In this document: one piece after another, positions 30,007-39,783 of the stretch
How the letters are laid out: each line of letters starts with the position of its first letter
Position numbering within the stretch: position 1 is the first letter of the stretch
NCBI GenBank assembly: GCA_963677595.1
Contig: OY782041.1
Location: forward strand, 3,680,001 to 3,744,000
DNA length: 64,000 bases
DNA from: Spirochaetia bacterium
GTDB lineage: Bacteria > Spirochaetota > Spirochaetia > CAKZLE01
Direction of reading: 5' to 3'
The notes under the pieces: generated by a model
Databases searched by the model: none
What the model saw: only the letters and a program-made list of their open reading frames with translations
What the model was told of the DNA's origin: nothing
Made by a program: the position numbers and the translations under genes

Positions 30007-31530
30007 TTGATACGGCAGAGACTCATCCGGAACATCGTGGTCACCTTCCTCCTCCTCGTCTATGGGGCGATCGCCTTCATGGCAGAGAACCTCTTCATCA
30101 GGATGGAAGACCGCTACCTTGATGACTTCTCCTATGAGATCGATATCGACTACCATACGATCATCAACTCCTACCACCACGTTGCCGACATGGTATACGA
30201 TCTCTATATTACCGACCCGGAGACAGTAGCACTATTCAAGGCTGGTGTTGAGGCTGAAGAGCCGGCCGTACAGGATGCCTCCCGTACTCTGCTCTATGGG
30301 AAGCTGCTCCCCTTGTATGACTACCTGGTCCAGAACAATTTCCGTCAGCTCCATTTCCATGACCGGGACTCGAACAGTTTCCTGCGGTTCCACCGGCCCG
30401 ACACCTATGGGGATTCACTACTTGGGATCCGTGATACCGTCATGTATGTGAACAGTACCCATGAACCTGTCGCCTCCTTCGAGGAGGGACGCATCTATAA
30501 CGGGTATCGGTTCGTCTATCCCCTGGAATACGAAGATGAGCATGTCGGGAGCGTTGAGATCAGCATATCCATGCACTCGATCCTCGACGAGCTCGATTTA
30601 CAGGATGATACCTACCATGAGTTCATCATCAGGCGTGATGTGGTCGAGAGCAAGGTGTTCGATGATGAGCTCAGTAACTATACCGTTTGGTGCGTGAGTC
30701 CTGACTACTACACTGAGATCGCAGCACCCTGCGATCCGTCCGTATGGGACGGCCTCTCAGACCGGGACAGGTCGGAGATCCTAAAGAACCTGGACAGTCT
30801 CAAAGAAGGCGGCGAGGAGAACGCGATCTTCACATTTGCCCTCTCGGATCACTCGATCGTCTCGGCTCACAAGATCGTGAACATGGGCGGGGATGCTGTC
30901 GCGTTCGTCCTGAGCAGGAACGACCAAACCGGGCTCGATGATATCGTACGGCTGAAGATCATATACAGGATCATCTTCACCCTGATCCTGATCATGCTCA
31001 TCGTCTTCATCATCATCTCTGATAAGGTGGTGAACTGGCTCGATCACCTGCTGAAGACCGACCCATTGACGAAGACGACGAACAGGATCTGGTTGAACAG
31101 CAGGCTTGAGAAACTGCAAAGGGCATTTCTCAAGGACGGCACGGTCTACTCAGCCATCATAGTCGATATAGACCACTTCAAGCACGTCAATGATACCTAT
31201 GGCCATATGACCGGGGATACGATACTGACCGCCTTCGCCGCAGAATGCATGGATTTCATCGGGGACCGAGGCTCGGTATCCCGTTTCGGGGGTGAGGAGT
31301 TCGTGATACTGCTTCAGGAAACCGAAAAGGAAAAAGTTGTTCAGATAGCTGAAGGACTGCGCAGCAAGGTTGAACAGACGCTATTCGAGGGTGGTCACCG
31401 TATTACCTTCAGTGCCGGGGTCGCCTCGATCGAGGAGTCATCTGACACGGGAACGGACCTGCTCATCCTTGCAGACAGGCGGCTCTATACGGCTAAGGAC
31501 CTCGGCAGGAATCGAGTTTGTGCTGACTGA
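30007..31530 (+). CDS. Membrane sensor (Cache-like) diguanylate cyclase
   Basis: Two TMs flanking SFLRFHRPDTYGD periplasmic domain; DIDHFKHVNDTYGH...GD, RFGGEEF. Confidence 0.92.
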   Translation: MIRQRLIRNIVVTFLLLVYGAIAFMAENLFIRMEDRYLDDFSYEIDIDYHTIINSYHHVADMVYDLYITDPETVALFKAGVEAEEPAVQDASRTLLYGKLLPLYDYLVQNNFRQLHFHDRDSNSFLRFHRPDTYGDSLLGIRDTVMYVNSTHEPVASFEEGRIYNGYRFVYPLEYEDEHVGSVEISISMHSILDELDLQDDTYHEFIIRRDVVESKVFDDELSNYTVWCVSPDYYTEIAAPCDPSVWDGLSDRDRSEILKNLDSLKEGGEENAIFTFALSDHSIVSAHKIVNMGGDAVAFVLSRNDQTGLDDIVRLKIIYRIIFTLILIMLIVFIIISDKVVNWLDHLLKTDPLTKTTNRIWLNSRLEKLQRAFLKDGTVYSAIIVDIDHFKHVNDTYGHMTGDTILTAFAAECMDFIGDRGSVSRFGGEEFVILLQETEKEKVVQIAEGLRSKVEQTLFEGGHRITFSAGVASIEESSDTGTDLLILADRRLYTAKDLGRNRVCAD

Positions 31531-31548
31531 CAGCAGGAGGGGAAAGAA

Positions 31549-32403
31549 ATGTACCACATACAGGATCTGAGGACCGTCTCGCTAAGGAACCTGCATGAGA
31601 CGTTCCTGGAGGCATTCTCTGACTACCAGGTGCCGATCGACCTGTCGGCGAGGAGGCTGCAGCACATGCTCACCCGGAGGGGGTACATCGCGGGAGCATC
31701 ACTCGGTGCCTTCGATGGTGAAGCCCTGGTAGGCTTCCTCCTTCATGGGGTAAGGGACTGGAGGGGGCTGGCTACCGCCTATGATACCGGGACCGGAGTG
31801 GTCCCTGCACACCGGAAGAAGGGTGTCACCACCGAATTGCTCTCGAAAGCAGGAACCCTGCTTCAGGATCTCCATATACAGCAGTGGCTCCTTGAGGTCA
31901 TCCAGGAGAACCGTAAGGCCATGCGCCTGTATGAGCGGGAAGGATTCACGGTAATCAGGGAGTTCGACTGCTTCATCTCCTCAGGTGCCGAGCTGCCCGG
32001 CAGGGGGGATTTCCCTGTCATGCTCAATACCGGCTTCACCGGTGAGGAATGGGAAGAAGTACACAGCTTCATTGATTACGAACCTTCCTGGCAGAACGCA
32101 CGTGCTTCAATACAGGCAGTACCGGAGTCGTTCATCTATGCCACCGTGCGATCGGAGGCCGGGATCCTGGGCTATGGGGTCATCGACCGCTCTTCAGGGG
32201 ACATACCGCAGATAGCGGTACGCCCTGATACGCGGGGCAGGGGGATCGGCACGGCCCTGCTGAGGGCGATGGTCCACACCACTGATGCGAAGCGGGTGAC
32301 CTGCACGAACGTGGATTCCCGCTGTGCCTCACTGAAGGGCTTCCTCCATCACCACGGCTTCACGATCGATGTGAGGCAGTATGAGATGATGCGGAAGCTG
32401 TGA
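31549..32403 (+). CDS. Tandem GNAT N-acetyltransferase
   Basis: GVVPAHRKKGV...LEVIQENRKAMRLYEREGF and AVRPDTRGRGIGTALL. Confidence 0.88.
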   Translation: MYHIQDLRTVSLRNLHETFLEAFSDYQVPIDLSARRLQHMLTRRGYIAGASLGAFDGEALVGFLLHGVRDWRGLATAYDTGTGVVPAHRKKGVTTELLSKAGTLLQDLHIQQWLLEVIQENRKAMRLYEREGFTVIREFDCFISSGAELPGRGDFPVMLNTGFTGEEWEEVHSFIDYEPSWQNARASIQAVPESFIYATVRSEAGILGYGVIDRSSGDIPQIAVRPDTRGRGIGTALLRAMVHTTDAKRVTCTNVDSRCASLKGFLHHHGFTIDVRQYEMMRKL

Positions 32404-32408
32404 ACCGG

Positions 32409-32930
32409 TTATTGGATGAATGCGCCGATATCCTCACCGGTGTAGCTCTTGCCGTTGATGGTGCAGGAGGTGAACGTCACATCAAAAGAGGAGCTGTAGT
32501 TATAGGCAAGATAGAAGTCGACCTCCCCGCCGAACGAGTCGCTGGTGATCAAGAAGTCAATCACTATCTCCGATACCCCGTCAGAGAAGGCAGCATCATT
32601 CCATGCGGCAGTCCCGTTAAGGGTATAGGTAGTACCCTCGCTGTCATGATCATAGTCATTGAACGTGATGAGCATGTCCTTAACATCCGTCTCTGTTATG
32701 ACATAGAACACGCCGGGGGTTATGGTGCCGGAAGATGTATAGTTTTCCCCCGAATGGAGAGCTGCAGATAGATAGGCATAGCCGGCAACTTCGGTACTGA
32801 TCGATACAGCCCGTGCAAGCTCTTCAGCAGTAAGCTCATAGAAACATACCCCGAACAGACAGCATGAATTCATGCCCAAGACCACAAGGATGACTGCAAG
32901 TATGCAGATGATAGTAAGAATTCTCTTCAT
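32409..32930 (-). CDS. Exported/lipoprotein-like hypothetical protein
   Basis: MKR + hydrophobic stretch + NSC possible spirochaetal lipobox; Thr/Ser/Asp-rich beta-type body; GGGAGAGG RBS. Confidence 0.6.
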   Translation of the reverse strand: MKRILTIICILAVILVVLGMNSCCLFGVCFYELTAEELARAVSISTEVAGYAYLSAALHSGENYTSSGTITPGVFYVITETDVKDMLITFNDYDHDSEGTTYTLNGTAAWNDAAFSDGVSEIVIDFLITSDSFGGEVDFYLAYNYSSSFDVTFTSCTINGKSYTGEDIGAFIQ

Positions 32931-33228
32931 ACGTTCCTCTCCCTTAAAAAGCCTATGTACGAAGAAGTAAAAGGAATGTGCTTAGCTATGTATGCATTAT
33001 AGCACAGGGAGATCGTGAAGCAAGGAAACGGAGTGGATTACAGAAGAGAAGATGGAGATTGAGGTATTGATTGAGGACTGCTTATAGACTGGCATGCAGC
33101 ATGCGGATTGTGTCCAGATTGAACAGGAACGCTCGTTTCACTAGAATGCAAACGTGAAGCGACCTATGTGAATGTGGCGTGAAGTGCTGCTTCAGGATCG
33201 TAAGAATTGTCGTTACCAGGGAGATGTC

Positions 33229-33483
33229 ATGGCATATGATGAGAAGAAGTGGAAGGAAGCGAAGAAGCTCTGCAGGCTCAACGAGGAAGATATCAGGATA
33301 GCGAAGGCGATGGGGCTGAACCCGAAGAGCCTGATCAAGAACATCCCGAACAGTTCCCAGAAGTGGAAAGCGCCAGTGAAAGACTGGCTCTGGTCGATGT
33401 GGGGGGATAGGCAGGAGAAGGCTGAGAAGAGGAAGAAAAAGAAGGCTGCCGCTGAGGCTGCTGGCGATGGAGTGCAATCATGA
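33229..33483 (+). CDS. Small basic hypothetical protein
   Basis: AGGGAG RBS; WKEAKKLCRLNEEDIRIAKAMGLNPKSLIKNIP...WKAPVKDW. Confidence 0.7.
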   Translation: MAYDEKKWKEAKKLCRLNEEDIRIAKAMGLNPKSLIKNIPNSSQKWKAPVKDWLWSMWGDRQEKAEKRKKKKAAAEAAGDGVQS

Positions 33484-34037
33484 GGATAGCAGAGTACAAG
33501 GATTATCGCAGACGGCTTGAGGCGCTCGATCCCGCAGAACTGGCCGAGGCTTTAGTCGATCTTGCAGAGACTTCGTCTTCAGCCCTGATGGTAGTGAAGC
33601 GACTTGTCTCTTCCCCTGACGATCATATCAATCAGTTCAGGGAGAACCTGGCCGAGGTGACAGAAGGAGCCGGGCGCGGGCGGTATGGCCTCTCGGGCGA
33701 GCAGATCCTGGAAATCCTCATTAGGTCGCTAGACCTCCTGGAACCGGGAAGTATGGATCCAAAGATCGGGCTGGAATTGACGGCAGCGTTCTTCGGAACT
33801 GACGGTACAGCATTCGAGTCAACGAATGAACTTGACTGGGAGTTCGAGTCCCTGTATACCTTTCAGGCATGTGATGTCTTCATTTCGTTCGCTCTTGCGT
33901 GTGACGATAAGGCTTTCGTCCTCCAGCTCCTCGAAGGACTGCTCAGTGATGACAATTACGGTGTTCGCAGCTGCCTGTTGAAAGCGGCACCTTCGTTCCT
34001 TCCGGAACCGGAACTCTCTACCTTGATGAACCGGTGA
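33480..34037 (+). CDS. Acidic alpha-helical hypothetical protein
   Basis: ATGA overlap with previous ORF, 185 aa; C-terminal DDNYGVR motif. Confidence 0.6.
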   Translation: MRIAEYKDYRRRLEALDPAELAEALVDLAETSSSALMVVKRLVSSPDDHINQFRENLAEVTEGAGRGRYGLSGEQILEILIRSLDLLEPGSMDPKIGLELTAAFFGTDGTAFESTNELDWEFESLYTFQACDVFISFALACDDKAFVLQLLEGLLSDDNYGVRSCLLKAAPSFLPEPELSTLMNR

Positions 34038-34051
34038 GGGAAGGGCTGACC

Positions 34052-34747
34052 TCAGGAGGAGTGGCAGCGCTCAAGCAGTGCTGCCATATAGATCCGTGCC
34101 TGGTCTGAATCCTGGGCGAGGATGGAATCGAGGATGCTCCGGTGAAAGGCGAAGAGCTGCCCGGTGAACTCCGTATCTGCGTAGGCCGTGCGGAGGGTCT
34201 CCTCAAACACCGGGCGCAGCGCGTTCATGAGGAGCGGGTACACGATATTCCCGGAAGCTTCAGCCAGGGCAAGGCGGAACCGGTGATCCACCTCTGCGAT
34301 GTCGCCCTTCCTGGAGGACCTGATGCGCTGTTCGCTCTGCAGGATCTCCTCGAGTTGTGAGAGGTGCTCGAGCGTCGCATGGACGGCTGCAAGGTATGCG
34401 ATCTCGCATTCGATGACCACCCGGACGTCATGGAAGCCCCCTAGGAGGTCGCCTGACGGCAGCCCGTCAGGCTGAAGATACCTGGAAACGAGGAGCTCTG
34501 CGGAAGCGGAGGAGCGGAAGTCCTTCACGAACACCCCATGGCGCGGGACGATCCTCACGAGCCCCTTCGATTCGAGCTTCACGAGGGATTCATGGACCAC
34601 AGGCCTGGATACCCCGGTCTTGGCGGCAAGTTCACGTTCTGTGGGCAGGCGTTCACCGGCCTCCAATTCGCCTGATACGATCAGTTTCTCGACATACTCG
34701 CTGAATGTCTCGGTAAGGCTCCTCGAACGCAGGCTGTTAAAATCCAT
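34052..34747 (-). CDS. GntR/FadR family transcriptional regulator
   Basis: GERLPTERELAAKTGVSRPVVHESL, FCD-like C-terminal domain. Confidence 0.92.
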   Translation of the reverse strand: MDFNSLRSRSLTETFSEYVEKLIVSGELEAGERLPTERELAAKTGVSRPVVHESLVKLESKGLVRIVPRHGVFVKDFRSSASAELLVSRYLQPDGLPSGDLLGGFHDVRVVIECEIAYLAAVHATLEHLSQLEEILQSEQRIRSSRKGDIAEVDHRFRLALAEASGNIVYPLLMNALRPVFEETLRTAYADTEFTGQLFAFHRSILDSILAQDSDQARIYMAALLERCHSS

Positions 34748-34909
34748 TGCTGTCTCCTCTAAGTGGTGGTCATACCAACCACAGTGTACTGAAGAGTCCA
34801 CAGCGTGTCAAAGAAAACAGCATGCTAATTCTAAGAAAACGAGAGAGTTCTATTGACGTTACTGCCTATTTCCGCTATAAATACTCCTGTCGTCAAGGCA
34901 CAGAGACAA

Positions 34910-34981
34910 GCGTCCGTCGTATAATGGTTATTACCTCAGCCTTCCAAGCTGATGATGTCGGTTCGATTCCGATCGGACGCT
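34910..34981 (+). tRNA. tRNA-Gly(TCC)
   Basis: GCGTCCG acceptor stem, TCAGC-CTTCCAA-GCTGA anticodon arm, GGTTCGATTCC T arm. Confidence 0.95.
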
Positions 34982-35067
34982 CTTTTTTATTCCTTTTCAT
35001 ATAATCAATTACAGCCATACTAACTCACATGTCACTCAAACTGGAGAGCTCTATGCTGCCCCATAAG

Positions 35068-35487
35068 TCAGAACACATCCTGTATCGGGAAGTCGGGGAA
35101 GAGCTTGAGGATGGCAGCGATCGTCGATAAGCTTGGGTTCGATCTCCTCTCATACCGCTGGTAGCCGTAGATTCGCTTCATTCTCAGTCTTGCTGCCGCC
35201 TCTTTCTGGGTGATGCCGTGCCTGGCACGGCAGGCTCGCAGGAGTACGCTGAAGGCGATCTCTGGTTCGACTCTCACCTCGAAGGTATCCCCTTCGACCT
35301 TTCCGGTGGATGGCAGGGGAAAGACCACACTGCTTCCTTCGGGTTCATCGAGATACAGGTTCAGGGCTTCCTCGCAATTGGCGTATAGCTCTTCAGTGGT
35401 ATCACCCTGGGTGAGGCAGCCGGCAAGGTCTACAGCCTCTGCCCAGTACCCGGTTCCCTCATGATGTAATGTGAATCTATAGTGCAT
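35068..35487 (-). CDS. HicB-like antitoxin with C-terminal XRE HTH (orphan)
   Basis: YWAEAVDLAGCLTQGDTTEELYANCEEALNLYL; ITQKEAAARL...YQRYER...NPSLSTI. Confidence 0.85.
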   Translation of the reverse strand: MHYRFTLHHEGTGYWAEAVDLAGCLTQGDTTEELYANCEEALNLYLDEPEGSSVVFPLPSTGKVEGDTFEVRVEPEIAFSVLLRACRARHGITQKEAAARLRMKRIYGYQRYERRSNPSLSTIAAILKLFPDFPIQDVF

Positions 35488-35519
35488 GATTACGGCTTCC
35501 TCCAGCTTCTATCATCTAA

Positions 35520-35543
35520 AAATACCACATAAAAGTGGTATTT
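35520..35543. promoter_or_regulatory. Inverted repeat, candidate HicB operator
   Basis: AAATACCAC-N6-GTGGTATTT perfect 9-bp inverted repeat about 33 bp upstream of hicB-like start. Confidence 0.6.
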
Positions 35544-35725
35544 GTCTATGGGGCGCGAAAATATAGAACCTGAGGTACCAACCCCAATTCCTGCAGGTAC
35601 GTGAGCCAAATCTATGTGAGGGAATAGGGGGAACAGGTACTTGAATAATTCTGACGCTTCTATGATACTGTGCTCTCAGTCAGAAGCGGGTTCTGATGTA
35701 TTCTTATGTGTGAGGAAGTGACTCT

Positions 35726-35956
35726 ATGGGTAAACGAGGAGAAGTCTTCTCTACGAAGCTGTCGAACGAAAAACGGACCTATTTCTTCAATGTGAAGGAG
35801 AATCGCTACGGCGACCTCTTCATCAATCTCGTCGAGAGCAAGAAGAACGCGACGGACGGGTTCGAGCGACAGTCGGTGATCATCTTCGAGGAGGACCTGA
35901 ACGATTTCGTGAAGGAGTTCCAGAAGGTCGTCGATTTCGTCAAGCAAAGATCCTGA
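35726..35956 (+). CDS. PUR-domain (DUF3276) nucleic-acid-binding protein
   Basis: KRTYFFNVKENRYGDLFINLVESKK...ERQSVIIFEED. Confidence 0.85.
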   Translation: MGKRGEVFSTKLSNEKRTYFFNVKENRYGDLFINLVESKKNATDGFERQSVIIFEEDLNDFVKEFQKVVDFVKQRS

Positions 35957-36506
35957 ACGATCGTCTATGGATAGGGGATATCCCATGTTCCGCGCATAAC
36001 TGTTTGTGACGCTTCGTGGGATACCCTTTATGCTTATCCAGTTCCCAGCGGTCATACCGCTTCGCAGCCTTCACCATCCAGGCATCACGCGCCTCCTTGG
36101 CTATGATCGATGCCGCCATGATCTCAGGTACAGCTGAATCCCCCTTGATCACCGCGATCGTCTCGATCGGGAGGTTCGGGAACTGGTTCCCATCGACGAG
36201 CGCCATAACAGGTGTGATCTCGGGAGCATGCAGGAGCATGTTCTCATATGCCCTCCGCATCGCAAGCAGGGAAGCCTGGAGGATGTTGATCGAATCGATC
36301 GTTCTCGGGGAAGCCCAGCCGATCCCGTAGCTGACAGCCCGCTCCCTGATGAGCAGGTCCAGCTCCGCACGTCGTTTCGCAGAGAGTCTCTTGGAATCAC
36401 GCAACCTGTCAACAGGGAAATCCTCAGGGAGGATGACCGCTGCCGCTGTCACGGGACCGGCGATCGGGCCCCTGCCGACTTCATCTAGACCACATATATA
36501 ATCCAT
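35940..36506 (-). CDS. rnhB: Ribonuclease HII
   Basis: GLDEVGRGPIAGPV, DSKRLS, LVDGN, AASIIAK, KHKGYPT, IHRRSF. Confidence 0.96.
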   Translation of the reverse strand: MDYICGLDEVGRGPIAGPVTAAAVILPEDFPVDRLRDSKRLSAKRRAELDLLIRERAVSYGIGWASPRTIDSINILQASLLAMRRAYENMLLHAPEITPVMALVDGNQFPNLPIETIAVIKGDSAVPEIMAASIIAKEARDAWMVKAAKRYDRWELDKHKGYPTKRHKQLCAEHGISPIHRRSFRIFA

Positions 36507-36606
36507 GCCTGACAGCGTAGAACAATCCGGTGGATCTGTAAACCTTCTGTCCGCACAGTGAGAAAACTATTGAATCTTACGCCATTAAAGCGCTATATTG
36601 GTAGGC

Positions 36607-38778
36607 ATGAAAAAGAGACGATTAGTAACTTCAGCGCTTCCGTATGTGAATAATATCCCGCACCTGGGTAACCTCATCCAGGTCCTCTCCGCAGACGTCT
36701 TCGCACGATTCTGCCGTGAACGGGGGTATGAGACCCTCTATGTCTGCGGGACTGACGAGTACGGGACGGCGACCGAGACCCGGGCACTCCAGGAGAACGT
36801 CTCTCCTCGGGAACTGTGCGACCGGTACCATGTGATCCACCGCGATATCTACGAATGGTTCAATATCGCATTCGATAAGTTCGGCAGGACCTCCGATCCC
36901 AAGCAGACCGAGATCGTGCAGGCGATCTTCAAGGAGGTCGATGAGGCCGGCTATATCAGGGAAGATGAGATCGAGCAGCTCTACTGCAGCCACTGTGACC
37001 GCTTCCTCGCTGACCGGTATGTCCACGGTACCTGTCCCCACTGCGGGTACGAGGATGCCAGGGGTGACCAGTGCGAGAACTGCGGCAAGCTCCTCGACCC
37101 GACCGAGCTCGTCAAACCAGCCTGCGGCGTCTGCGGGAACACCCCGGCAGCCCGCAGTACGAAGCACCTCTACCTCAACCTGCCGGCGATCCTGCCCAAG
37201 CTCGAGGCATGGATGGAGGAGGCCTCCGAGAAGGGGTTCTGGGCGCGCAATGCCGTCCAGATGACGAAGAGCTGGATCCGTGACGGACTCAAGGAACGGT
37301 GCATCACACGTGATCTCAAGTGGGGGATCCCGGTACCGAAAGAGGGGTATGAGGACAAGGTCTTCTATGTCTGGTTCGACGCCCCCATCGGCTATATATC
37401 GATCACGGCTACCCACACGGACGAGTGGGAGTACTGGTGGAAGCGGCCTGAGGAGGTCGAACTCTTCCAGTTCATCGGGAAGGACAATATCCCGTTCCAC
37501 ACGGTCATCTTCCCCTCGACACAGCTGGCGACCAAGGATGACTGGACCATGCTCCACCACATGTCCTCGAGCGAGTACCTCAACTATGAGTCAGGGAAGT
37601 TCTCGAAGAGCAAGGGCCTCGGTGTCTTCGGTACCGATGCCAAGGATACCGGCATCCCTGCTGATGTCTGGAGATTCTACATCTTCTACAACCGGCCTGA
37701 GAAATCTGACACCTCCTTCATCTGGAAGGACTTCCAGGAGAAGGTCAACGGGGAGCTCATCGGCAACCTTGCAAACCTCGTGAACAGGACCCTCTCGTTC
37801 CTGAACAGGTTCTATGACGGCAAGGTCCCCTCAGGTGCTGTGGATGAGCAGATGCGCTCCGAGATCATCAGGCGGGAAGAGAGCATCACCGGGCACCTCG
37901 AACGGGCAGAACTCCGTGACGCACTGCGTGAGATCTTTGCGCTCTCCTCCTACGGGAACAAGGCGTTCCAGGAGGGAGAGCCCTGGGCGAAGCGCAAGAG
38001 CGATCCTGCAGCCGCAGAGAGCCTCCTCGGGCAGCTTGCCTACCTGATCAGGGACCTGGGTGTGCTCATCGAACCCTATATGCCGGAGACGAGCGACAGG
38101 ATCCTCTCCTTCCTCGATGCGAGGGAGAGCAGCTGGGATGACCTGCAGCGGTATGAGGGGCTTTCCACCCTCAAGGACCCGGAGATCCTCTTCGAGAAAC
38201 TCGAGGATGAGAGGATCGAGGAGCTGCGTACTCGGTATGCAGGAACCCAGGATGAACGAAAGAAACAGGAAGAAGACAGTATGGAAAAACAATTCAATGA
38301 GACCGTTGACCTCAGGGTAGCGAAGATCACCTCGATCGAACGGCACCCGGAAGCAGATAAACTCTATATCGAGCAGCTCGACCTCGGAGATGGCGAGGAG
38401 CGGCAGATCGTGTCCGGGCTCGTCCCCTTCTATACGGAGGAGGAGCTCGTCGGGCAGAACATCATCGTTGTCTACAACCTCAAGCCGGCAAAGCTCCGGG
38501 GGGTCAAGAGTCAGGGGATGCTCCTTGCCGCAAGTGCGAAGGACGATGAGGGGAACGAGGCTGTCGAAGTCCTGTTCGCCCCCTGGGCTCAGCCTGGTGA
38601 CAGGGTCACCGTTGCAGGACTCGAGCAGGTAGAGGAGAAGAAGCGGATCAAGATCGATACCTTCTTCGAGGTTCCTCTCAAAGCTGCCGACCATGCGGTA
38701 CTCGTGGGTGATTCGGCCCTTGAGGCTTCGGGTCAGCCGCTGAAGACCTCAAAGATCAGCAACGGCGAGATCGGGTAG
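36607..38778 (+). CDS. metG: Methionine--tRNA ligase with C-terminal tRNA-binding domain
   Basis: TSALPYVNNIPHLGN, GTDEYGT, Zn knuckles, YVWFDAPIGY, KFSKS, HPEADKLY. Confidence 0.98.
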   Translation: MKKRRLVTSALPYVNNIPHLGNLIQVLSADVFARFCRERGYETLYVCGTDEYGTATETRALQENVSPRELCDRYHVIHRDIYEWFNIAFDKFGRTSDPKQTEIVQAIFKEVDEAGYIREDEIEQLYCSHCDRFLADRYVHGTCPHCGYEDARGDQCENCGKLLDPTELVKPACGVCGNTPAARSTKHLYLNLPAILPKLEAWMEEASEKGFWARNAVQMTKSWIRDGLKERCITRDLKWGIPVPKEGYEDKVFYVWFDAPIGYISITATHTDEWEYWWKRPEEVELFQFIGKDNIPFHTVIFPSTQLATKDDWTMLHHMSSSEYLNYESGKFSKSKGLGVFGTDAKDTGIPADVWRFYIFYNRPEKSDTSFIWKDFQEKVNGELIGNLANLVNRTLSFLNRFYDGKVPSGAVDEQMRSEIIRREESITGHLERAELRDALREIFALSSYGNKAFQEGEPWAKRKSDPAAAESLLGQLAYLIRDLGVLIEPYMPETSDRILSFLDARESSWDDLQRYEGLSTLKDPEILFEKLEDERIEELRTRYAGTQDERKKQEEDSMEKQFNETVDLRVAKITSIERHPEADKLYIEQLDLGDGEERQIVSGLVPFYTEEELVGQNIIVVYNLKPAKLRGVKSQGMLLAASAKDDEGNEAVEVLFAPWAQPGDRVTVAGLEQVEEKKRIKIDTFFEVPLKAADHAVLVGDSALEASGQPLKTSKISNGEIG

Positions 38779-38787
38779 TCCCTGCGC

Positions 38788-39783
38788 GTGAAGATCGAAC
38801 TCACGCAGATACCGGTGGAGGGGCTGTCATCTCCTGACAACCCATTCCAGACTGCCTTCTGGGCAGCCGTAAAGAGACTCAATGGCTGGGATGCCCTGGC
38901 GTTCTCCTGTGAGATCGGCTCTGAGCAGTCCCAGCTGCTCGTACTCACCAGGAAGATATTCCTCGATCTCAGTATCGCCTATATTCCCTATGGGCCGCAG
39001 TGCAGTGCTGACACTGCCGTCTTGAAACAGCTCTCTGATACACTGAAGCCCATGCTCCCGCGGGGCTGCTTCGTCATCCGCTACGATGTCCCCTGGGAAG
39101 GGGAGCTTGCCGGTCGGCTGCCGGCAGGGGTGCGGAAGAACCCATACCCCATACAGCCGGAGGGGACGGTAATCGTGTCGCTTGAGGTCGGGCCCGATGC
39201 GGTCTTCAGCCGGATGCGCACCCGTGCGAGGCGCAATGTGCGGCGTGCCCAGGGGGAGATCACCATCACCAGCTGGGAAGGTGACCCAGGCCAGTTCCAT
39301 GCCTGGTACGAGACCTATACCTATACCTCCCTCCGTGATTCCTTCATCCCCCGTACCGAGGAGTATATGCACCATGTGCTCGATACCGGACGGGATGGGG
39401 CCCTCGGTGTGGAGGCGAGACTCTATCTGGCATGGGTCGGCGATTCGATCATCGGGGGGAACATCGTGCTGTTCACGAAGCAGAAGGCCCTCTATCTCTT
39501 CGGTTCATCACGTCATGAGTACACCGGGGCTTCTCCCTCCTATGCCCTGCAGTGGCATACCATCGAGGAGGCTGCTAAGCGGGGCTGCCGGGAATACGAC
39601 CTCTACGGGATCGCGCCAGATGATGAGGAAGACCACCATCTCCATTCACTCACGCTCTTCAAGACAGGCTTCGGGGGGCATAAGGTGTTCCGGGCGGGTT
39701 GTTTCGATGTCGTGTGCAGGCCGTTAGTCTACCATGGCTACCGGCTCGCGGAACTGGTTCACCTCTCAAGCGCACGCGGCTGA
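38788..39783 (+). CDS. FemAB/FemX family lipid II aminoacyl transferase
   Basis: PFQTAFWAAVK, AYIPYGP, RARRNVRRA, YALQWHTI...YDLYGI, FKTGFGG. Confidence 0.88.
   Translation: MKIELTQIPVEGLSSPDNPFQTAFWAAVKRLNGWDALAFSCEIGSEQSQLLVLTRKIFLDLSIAYIPYGPQCSADTAVLKQLSDTLKPMLPRGCFVIRYDVPWEGELAGRLPAGVRKNPYPIQPEGTVIVSLEVGPDAVFSRMRTRARRNVRRAQGEITITSWEGDPGQFHAWYETYTYTSLRDSFIPRTEEYMHHVLDTGRDGALGVEARLYLAWVGDSIIGGNIVLFTKQKALYLFGSSRHEYTGASPSYALQWHTIEEAAKRGCREYDLYGIAPDDEEDHHLHSLTLFKTGFGGHKVFRAGCFDVVCRPLVYHGYRLAELVHLSSARG

Noticed and set aside
34747-35004. 85-aa ORF
   Set aside because: Spans the tRNA-Gly gene and its promoter
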